Assembly (NCBI GenBank): GCA_020137815.1
Contig: CM035360.1
Coordinates: forward strand, 1,488,001 to 1,552,000
Direction of reading: 5' to 3'
DNA length: 64,000 nucleotides
Origin: Hormiphora californensis
Lineage: Eukaryota > Animalia > Ctenophora
A program made the translations under genes and the position numbers. Positions 26,666 through 36,300 of this stretch are shown in pieces (within the stretch, counting starts at the first letter, position 1; each line of letters begins with the position of its first letter). The notes beneath the pieces are model-generated. The model made no database searches, was not told the origin of the DNA, and worked only from the letters and a program-made list of their open reading frames with translations.

Positions 26666-28275
26666 GGGTAGTATGGTAGTTAAGGTCGTGCGCACTTTTT
26701 GGCGCCATTTGGCGCCAAATTGGCGCCATTTTGGCGCCACGTGGCGCCACGTGGCGATATTTTAGCGCCAAATGGCGCCAAAATTTGGCGACTGCGCACA
26801 ACCGCCAATTTGGCGCCAAAATGGCGCCAAGTTGGCGATTTTTTGGCGCCAAATGGCGCCACGTGGCGCCAAGTGGCGCCACGTGGCGATGGTAAATCGC
26901 CAAGTGTTGGCGGTATTTGGCGGTACCGCCACGTGGCGATGCGAATTTGTCTGAATAAACTGTGTCCATCGCCAAGTGGCGCCAAATTGGCGCCAAATTG
27001 GCGATAGTACCTAAAATTCCAAATATTCATAACGTCCATCAGAGGAATTCCTATCGCCAAGTGGCGCCAAATGGCGCCATGTGGCGCCAATTTGGCGCTA
27101 AATTGGCGATTAGATACAAATCGCCAACTTAGCGCCAAATTGGCGCTGCTTGGCGATTGCCGCCAACTTAGCGCCAAATGGCGCTGCTTGGCGCCAATTT
27201 GGCGCCAAATTGGCGATTGGACACAAATCGCCAACTTAGCGCTGCTTGGCGATTGCCGCCAACTAAGCGCCAAATTGGCGCCAAAATGGCGATTGGCGCC
27301 AAATTAGCGCCAATTTGGCGCCAAATGGCGCTGCTTGGCGCCAATTTAGCGCCAAATTGGCGATTGGATAAAAATCGCCAACTAAGCGCCAAATTGGCGC
27401 CAAAATGGCGATTGGCGCCAAATTAGCGCCAATTTGGCGCCAAATGGCGCTGCTTGGCGCCAAATTAGCGATTGGATAAAAATCGCCAACTAAGCGCCAA
27501 ATTGGCGCCAAAATGGCGATTGGCGCCAAATTAGCGCCAATTTGGCGCCAAATGGCGCTGCTTGGCGCCAAATTAGCGCCAAATTGGCGATTGGATACAA
27601 ATCGCCAATTTAGCGCTAAGTTGGCGATTTGTATCCAATCGCCAATTTGGCGCTAAATTGGCGCCAAGTAGCGCCATTTGGCGCCAAATTGGCGCTTAAT
27701 TGGCGCCAGTCGCCAAATTGGCGCCAATTTAGCGCTAAGTTGGCGATTTGTATCCAATCGCCAATTTGGCGCTAAATTGGCGCTAAGCAGCGCCACTTGG
27801 CGCCAAATTGGCGCCTATCGCCAAGCAGCGCCAATTTGGCGCCAAGATTGCGCCAAATAGGTCGTTAATTTCCGCTTCTGAACGTTCCCACTCGCCAAGT
27901 GGCGCCAATTTGGCGCCAATTTGGCGCCAAGAGTGAAAAGTACATGGCGCCAATTTGGCGCCAATTTGGCGCCACTTGGCGATGGACACAGTTTATTCAG
28001 ACAAATTCGCATCGCCACGTGGCGATACCGCCAAATACCGCCAACACTTGGCGATTTACCATCGCCACGTGGCGCCACTTGGCGCCACGTGGCGCCATTT
28101 GGCGCCAAAAAATCGCCAACTTGGCGCCATTTTGGCGCCAAATTGGCGGTTGTGCGCAGTCGCCAAATTTTGGCGCCATTTGGCGCTAAAATATCGCCAC
28201 GTGGCGCCAAAATGGCGCCAATTTGGCGCCAAATGGCGCCAAAAAGTGCGCACGACCTTAACTACCATACTACCC
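26666..28275. mobile_element. Fold-back element made of ttggcgccaa palindromic subrepeats
   Basis: Termini gggtagtatggtagttaaggtcgtgcgcac / gtgcgcacgaccttaactaccatactaccc, inverted arms of ~330 bp, flanked by the direct repeat atcatt (TSD 4-6 bp depending on boundary). Confidence 0.85.
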
Positions 28276-28839
28276 ATCATTGTCTACGAGTGTTTCGGCT
28301 GAATTTTATGTGTCAATTTATGCGCATTTTATGGAGCCGTACTGAGAAAACCGTGCGATGTACGGAGCTGATTTTTTTTTTGGTAGTAGGTGTTAGCAAT
28401 ACGAAGACCTGACTAGAGAGTTTTTTATTCTACGATATATGTGAGAGCCGCTATTTTTATGTTTAGAAAAACCTGAGGTTTTTCTTGTTACCGCTTCACT
28501 TTTTTTTCTTGATTTAATGCTGCAAGAATTATCTCTCTACTGCTTACCGTTTTCTAGAAAACTTTACTTACTGAATGACCCGTTGTCCATCCTCTTTCAT
28601 TGTGGCGCAGAGCCCTATTTTGAGACAGCCGCGCGTGCCACAGGCCCCAGTAAGCAGTCTCCAACTGGTGGCGTGGTCCCAAAGGAGTGCCGTGGAACCG
28701 GTTCTTCTTCAGAATTGTGTTAGAGTTCATTTGGAGGCTTAACCGTTAAGTTGCAAAATCAATCAAATAGCTGGTCTTAGCTAGGGACCCCTATTAATAA
28801 GTTATATGGTGGCAATTGTATCGGTACGGACTACGGTAA

Positions 28840-29222
<383 letters not shown>

Positions 29223-29631
29223 AATTTCTGACATAAATCTACGGTCATATCATGTATATAATAATACCATAAACCAATTCTTTCAATTTTGTAGGGGGGG
29301 GTCGGAGTAGGCCGCTATGTGAATTTCACAGCCCGAGCAGCTGTGTTTTTTCCCGGTTCACACCCCCTAAAATTTCCTTATTGTTTGCCATTGACAGAGA
29401 GGTGAGAAAAGTATCACTACAAGCCTAGGGAAGAGGGGTATAAAAACCATGTTTTTTCGCAGTTTTCAATAAACAGTGTTGTCAATCAATAGCTATTGTT
29501 TGAGCTATTGTTTGAGCTATTGTTTCAGTTTTAGCACCTGTTCGGGTCCGATCATTTTGTTGGAATTATTTGAAAGCAGGGACCCTCTCATCCCCTACCT
29601 AAACTCTAAACTTTTGTCTGCCCTTAGCAAA

Positions 29632-30316
29632 ATGATTGCCGCTATCCTTATCGTTGCCTTTGCCTTTACCTGGTAAGATGATCCATTTATTTTATCATAT
29701 CACGCCCAGTTCATGTGTTTATTGGACAAACATAGTTATACAGTCCCGCATAACACCATTTTAACCCAATACTTCAATCTTCATGTTCACCTAATCTGAA
29801 AACAGCCAGTGCATTGTGAAATTAAGGATCTCCACTTCCTTACAACTCACTCCATCTAATTGCAGTACGGCGGCTGCCCCCGCTCCCGAAGGAATTATTG
29901 ACTTGATCCCCTCTGATATTCTCGATATGATTATCAACATCATCAAGTCCATCGATTTTGAGGAGGTGAGACTCCCACTTTGCAAAATCAATAAAATAGC
30001 TGGTCTTAGCTAGGGCCCCTATAAGTTATATCAATTATTATGATGATCCTTTTCCAATGTATTTCAAACCATTCTATCCTGTCGAACAGATATCGATTTT
30101 CTATACCCCTCCGCCCTCCAGTCTCCACCCCTCATCAACCGGCAGCTCTGCTCTACCAAGTTAACAACACCTTCTCTTCAGGTCTGGCAGCTAACCAAAC
30201 TGCTTCTGTGTGGAGAGCAGTCTGCTGTAACCATGGAGATCGAGGAGCGAGATTTCGAGGCCGTCAGGGGTGCCGTTATCCGAGCAGTCCGATACGCTGT
30301 CTGTGGATCTTACTAA
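29632..30316 (+). CDS. Small secreted two-Cys protein A (91 aa); exons 29632-29672, 29866-29965, 30182-30316
   Basis: MIAAILIVAFAFTCTAAAPAPEGIIDLIPSDILDMIINIIKSIDFEE|VWQLTKLLLCGEQSAVTMEIEERDFEAVRGAVIRAVRYAVCGSY*; GT-AG introns of phase 2 and 0; homologous to three neighbours. Confidence 0.85.
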
Positions 30317-30543
30317 ATACACGTGCATCTGATATATGCACATTGCACACTATTTGTGTGATTTTAGAAAACCATAGAACCTGAAAACACACATGTTTGT
30401 CTTTCTCTGTTCGCCACTCATCCCCTGGGCCTTGCTATTATTTCCTTGCTACCCCCTCCACATATCCCTATACCGATTCCCCTGTCCTTATACGTTCACG
30501 TGGCATGCCAACTTATTTTAACTCTCTATCTAGCGATTAAACC

Positions 30544-32375
30544 ATGCGATTCTTTGTCGTCTTCTTGGCCCTCACCCTCTCTGCTACCGCTATCGAGTAA
30601 GTAACTAGACAATATACTTAGCAATTGTTTTACTTTTAGTAAAACTCCAATAACAAGGGACTTCCTTCATTACCAAGGACTTGGTACATTCTAGATCTGA
30701 TATAGCAGCTAACCTACTTCTCATTCTCAGTCTGCACATTGACGACAAGTTTGTGGATCTTCTGATTGACGCCATCAAGAGCATTGACATCAAACAAGCC
30801 ATCGGAGAGGTAATTGAGAATGCATAACACACAAGATAGAAGCCTCACGCGTTATACTTAACAGGTTGTAGTATGTACTATTGTATCAGGTATCTCTCGA
30901 TCTCACGCGTGTTTGTGTACAGTTACACGCGTGCGTGTGTAACTTCCACACGCATACACAGCTCAGACTAGACTGGCCACTTCCCATGACAACTCGATTC
31001 CCTCCAGATCATTGAGACAATGACAACTCTTCCCTCCAGATCATTGAGACAATGACAACTCGATTCCCTCCAGATCATTGAGACAATGACAACTCTTCCC
31101 TCCAGATCATTGAGACAATGACAACTCGATTCCCTCCAGATCATTGAGACAATGACAACTCGATTCCCTCCAGATCATTGAGACAATGACAACTCGATTC
31201 CCTCCAGATCATTGAGACAATGACAACTCGATTCCCTCCAGATCATTGAGACAATGACAACTCGATTCCCTCCAGATCATTGAGACAATGACAACTAGAT
31301 TCCCTCCAGATCATTGAGACAATGACAACTCGATTCCCTCCAGATCATTGAGACAATGACAACTCGATTCCCTCCAGATCATTGAGACAATGACAACTCG
31401 ATTCCCTCCAGATCATTGAGACAATGACAACTCTTCCCTCCAGATCATTGAGACAATGACAACTAGATTCCCTCCAGATCATTGAGACAATGACAACTCG
31501 ATTCCCTCCAGATCATTGAGACAATGACAACTCGATTCCCTCCAGATCATTGAGACAATGACAACTCGATTCCCTCCAGATCATTGAGACAATGACAACT
31601 CTTCCCTCCAGATCATTGAGACAATGACAACTCGATTCCCTCCAGATCATTGAGACAATGACAACTCGATTCCCTCCAGATCATTGAGACAATGACAACT
31701 CGATTCCCTCCAGATCATTGAGACAATGACAACTAGATTCCCTCCAGATCATTGAGACAATGACAACTCGATTCCCTCCAGATCATTGAGACAATGACAA
31801 CTCGATTCCCTCCAGATCATTGAGACAATGACAACTCGATTCCCTCCAGATCATTGAGACAATGACAACTCGATTCCCTCCAGATCATTGAGACAATGAC
31901 AACTCGATTCCCTCCAGATCATTGCGACAATGACAACTCGATTCCCTCCAGATCATTGAGACAATGACAACTCTTCCCTCCAGATCATTGAGACAATGAC
32001 AACTCGATTCCCTCCAGATCATTGAGACAATGACAACTCGATTCCCTCCAGATCATTGAGACAATGACAACTCGATTCCCTCCAGATCATTGAGACAATG
32101 ACAACTCGATTCCCTCCAGATCATTGAGACAATGACAACTCGATTCCCTCCAGATCATTGAGACAATGACAACTCTTCCCTCCAGATCATTGAGACTCAA
32201 CTTCATCACCTAATGACAACTCGATTCCCTCCAGATCATTGAGACTGCCAAGCTGTTGATCTGTGGTGAGGAGCACAGCGCTGATGTTAAGGGAATGCAC
32301 CTCCAGTTCAGTTTTGAGACCAGCAAGAAGTTCATCCTGCTCGCTAGGAGGATTCTTTGCGGTGCCGAGGAATAA
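30544..32375 (+). CDS. Small secreted two-Cys protein B (90 aa); exons 30544-30596, 30731-30809, 32235-32375
   Basis: MRFFVVFLALTLSATAIDLHIDDKFVDLLIDAIKSIDIKQAIGE|IIETAKLLICGEEHSADVKGMHLQFSFETSKKFILLARRILCGAEE*; same intron phases as gene A. Confidence 0.85.
30986..32245 (+). repeat. 34-bp minisatellite (~36 copies) containing the intron 2/exon 3 junction of gene B
   Basis: Unit atgacaactcgattccctccag|atcattgagaca (32-bp variant present). Confidence 0.95.
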
Positions 32376-32476
32376 ATAAACCAATCTGGGAAGACAGCTT
32401 GCATCAAAATTGATGATTAGATTTGATGTCTAGAAGCTCCCGTAGTTTTACTTTAATCCACTCTAAAACCACCTCC

Positions 32477-32690
32477 CCATAGCAACCTCCATATCTCCAT
32501 AGCAACCTCCCTATTTCCATAGCAACCTCCCTGTTTCCCTAGCAACCTCCCTATTTCCATAGCAACCTCCCTGTTTCCCTAGCAACCTCCCTATCTCCAT
32601 AGCAACCCCCCTATTTCCATAGCAACCTCCCTGTTTCCCTAGCAACCTCCCTATCTCCATAGCAACCTCTCTATCTCCATAGCAACCCCC
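32477..32690 (+). repeat. 20-bp minisatellite directly upstream of the gene C ATG
   Basis: Tandem ccatagcaacctccctat(t/c)t, ~11 copies. Confidence 0.9.
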
Positions 32691-32699
32691 TGAAGCAAC

Positions 32700-33149
32700 A
32701 TGAAGGTTCTGTTCCTTACTCTGGTCGTTATGGTTGTGTCTGTTCAGGCGAACGAGTCTGACCTCCTGAAGGCATTCATCCCTGAGGACATTATCAATAT
32801 GGTCATTGATCTCATTAACTCCATCGACTTTGGAAAGGTACACACACATGTTTGTTTGTTCGTCTGTTTGTCTGTTTATCTGTTTTGGTCGGAACTCCAT
32901 AGATCCCTTTTAGATCCCTTAGATCCTTCCATGAAGTGTACTTTCTCCCACTCACGTGATACAGGTTGTCTTGCTTCAATTCTCAGTTCAGTTGACCCCT
33001 TTGTTTAGGTTTGGGAGCTCGTCCAGCTATTCTTCTGTGGTGAGGACGCTGCAGCTAACCTGCAACTTGAGGCTCGATTCAGCACCGAGTTCATTGAGAA
33101 GATGATTGGAGTTGTCCGATACGCTGTCTGTGGAGATGCTGCCCTCTAA
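32700..33149 (+). CDS. Small secreted two-Cys protein C (92 aa); exons 32700-32837, 33009-33149
   Basis: MKVLFLTLVVMVVSVQANESDLLKAFIPEDIINMVIDLINSIDFGK|VWELVQLFFCGEDAAANLQLEARFSTEFIEKMIGVVRYAVCGDAAL*; lacks the first intron of its paralogs. Confidence 0.88.
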
Positions 33150-33319
33150 ATTACTATAACAGGACACTTGATAATTGATTTATGAAATACATTATCTGAT
33201 CTAGAATTAAGGTTGTTTTTGACCCATTGATACTGATACAACCCCACGATTTACCGGTACCCCACAATTTGCTAGCTTTTCAAATCACAACCTCTTCTTC
33301 TCTAGAATCTAGCTGAACC

Positions 33320-36300
33320 ATGAAGGTTTTGATTGTTCTGGCCCTTGCCCTGACTGCTGCCTACAGGTAACAAATATTCTGTACACTACATACCTAAGAG
33401 CTGAAAACAAAGCCCAGGATTGCTCTCAGGGTTGCTCAGGAGCTCAAAGCCCTGACCGTGCCAGTCAAATGTGCTGAATGTAACGACATCTACCAGCACA
33501 AGAGGAATGGCCTCGTTCCTCTGAGGTGTTTTCTCTGTCACCAACCTTCCCATGACTGTGAACCTTTGGTGAGTGTAATCACTTCCAGAAATGAAGCTTC
33601 AAGCCTGGTAGGAGAAGTTTGGATATGCGATCCGTGCTGTGTTCCCAAAGATGAGGAAAAGGGTACACCGCTTACTACCAAGGTCTCATCGCGACTGAAT
33701 ACGCCTGGAAGGTCTAGGAATAACAGTCTGTCGATTGTTGAGCCCGGTAGTGAACGGAAAACGAAAATGAACGATGAGGCAAGCGAGAAGGTGAATGCTG
33801 GCGATCCGACTGTGCTGGAAGCACTGGCCAATCTCGCGAAACAGCAGAAGGAGGCGGAAAAATTCCCAAACGAGTGCGAAACTACTTGTATGTTGCTCAA
33901 GGAGGGTAGGTGTCCTCATGGCATAACTGGGAAGAAATCTGCTGACGGTAAGGATAGGTGTGACTTTTTTCATCCGAAACTATGTGTTCCCTGGGGGAAG
34001 AAAGGAGAGAAAGGTTGTGCCAAGGGTCCGGAATGTAGGAAACTACACAAGGCTATCTGTAGCAGAGCAATAGAATCCAAGGAATGTTTTGAAAAGAAAT
34101 GTTACCTTGTTCACCCCAAAGGAACCAACAGGCGAAAGCCAAGGGACCAGGTGGGGCAAAAGAGAGATAGAAGAAAGAGTGAACGTGGACTTTCCCAGGA
34201 AGGAGGACGAACGGAAAAGCCGTCCTTCGCAACGGGGCAAAACAAGTCCAATGATAAGAAGCCTGGCAGTTCGCTGGGACGAAACGGTAAACCAGGCGGT
34301 AAACCAAACGCAAAATTCACTCCAGCTAAAAGTCAGGGTGATTTTTTAGCTATCAAATCCCTTTTGGAAAAGCTTCAGAAGGGAATGTCGGACATAAAAG
34401 GGGATCAGACACAAATGCAGAAAACCCTGAAAACTCTGAGAGCAGATCAAGGAAAGAGCTGCTCAATGGGGAGGTCTCGGGTCGGATCCGGCCACGGGTG
34501 CTGCAGTCAGGCGTGTTATTAAACGCCCAATCCTGCAACCCAAGTGCAAGGAGTAAATGTGCTTGGAAGTTGCAGTGCCTCAGGGAGGATGTGGAGTCAA
34601 TCCCAGGAGAGGTACCCTTCATAGCTGTGACAGAAACATGGCTTAAACCATACGTGGAAAACTTACAAATTCTAAATGGATGGGAGAAGTACAGGGTCTA
34701 CCGTTGTGATCGGAGATACAGGACAGGGGGCGGTGTTATGCTGCTGACGTCATTTGATCTACCGATAGACGAGCATGTAGCTTTGGATAAAGACAGCTGT
34801 CAGCTGTTAATGTGCTCCTCAAGCCCAAGCAAGTGGGTATTTGGAGTACTGTACAGATCACCATCCGCTCCAGTTAGTGATTTTAGGGCGTGCCTGGAGG
34901 TAGCCAGAAATTTCATCGAACAGAGGCCAGATCATGTTGTCTGTCTTATGGGAGATTTTAATGTACCTGAGATCGCTTGGAATCCACCTGAGGCAAACCC
35001 AAGAACAGCAAATAGTGATGCACTGCTTAGCTTCACTGAGGACACGCTGCTTTCTCAATATATTGATGTACCATCGAGAGGCAGCAGCTACTTGGATTTG
35101 GTTTTCAGCAACTCTGAGACACTGGTTAACCGTGTGAGGAGCAAGGAGACTAGGTTGTCGGACCACAACCTATTGGAGTTTGGTGTGACTCGGAATCCGT
35201 GCTCTGCAGCCAGGGAAACTGTACCACCTCAGTTTGCTGCTGATGAGTTTCGTTCACTGGATATGTACAAAGCAGATACAGAGGCAATATGTGAGGCGGT
35301 AAAAAAGGTTGATTGGGAAGCTGTATTCGGTAAGTGCACCACGGAAGAGCTTCCTCGAGTATTCAGGGATATATTGTTCCAGATTGCTCAGATTCATGCA
35401 CCTAGGAAGAAACCGAGAAGGGGGAGGCCAAAGCTTGTCAGAAAACTTTCTCGGAAAAAAAGAGCTGCGAAAGGGCGTCTCGCACTGCTCTTGGAGAAAA
35501 AGGATACTCCAATCAGTCAGATTGAAGCTCTCCAAAAGAGGATCGATGTGCTTTATGGGGAAATACGGGATGCTATCCTGGATGAGAATATAAAGCAGGA
35601 AAAACTGGCAGTTGAAAAGATCAAAACAAACGCCAAGTACTTCTACAGCTACGCTAAGCGTTTCGCTGGTGACAGCAACAGTATCTCGGCGTTAACTGGA
35701 GAATCTGGCGAATTGATCACTGATAAGAAAGAAATTGTGGAAGCTTTGTCTAGGCAATTCAAGGCTGTGTTCAGTGACCCGGAGGAAGCTGACTTAAACA
35801 CAGGACACGATATCACAGTTTGCGAGTCAATAACACCTGGTGACAATGATGCTGACTTTACAGTGAAAGATATTCTAGATGCTATCAAGGAGATGAAACC
35901 GGATGCAGCTCCTGGTCCGGACGGAATACCGGCCATACTGCTGAAAAGCTGCGCTGAAGCGGTGGCACACCCACTGTACCTGATGTGGACTAGGTCGCTA
36001 GGGGAAGGTATTGTTCCATCATCGTCCAAGGTGTCGCTTGTCACCCCCCTCTACAAGAAGGGTAGCAGGTCCTCAGCTGCAAATTATCGCCCTGTCTCTC
36101 TGACCGATCATACCATTAAGGTCTTCGAGAGAGTCGTACGGAAAAAGCTAGTGAACCATTTTGAGAAAAATGAGCTTTTTAACGACATTCAACATGGATT
36201 TAGGCGTGGGAGAAGTTGCCTCACCCAGCTCCTAGATCACTTCGACAACATTCATAGTAATGCACTCGATGGCATGGAAACTGACTCTGTGTACCTTGAT

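Noticed and set aside
26540-28412. WRQ/LAP-rich ORFs on both strands
   Set aside because: By-product of palindromic ggcgcc repeats in a fold-back element.
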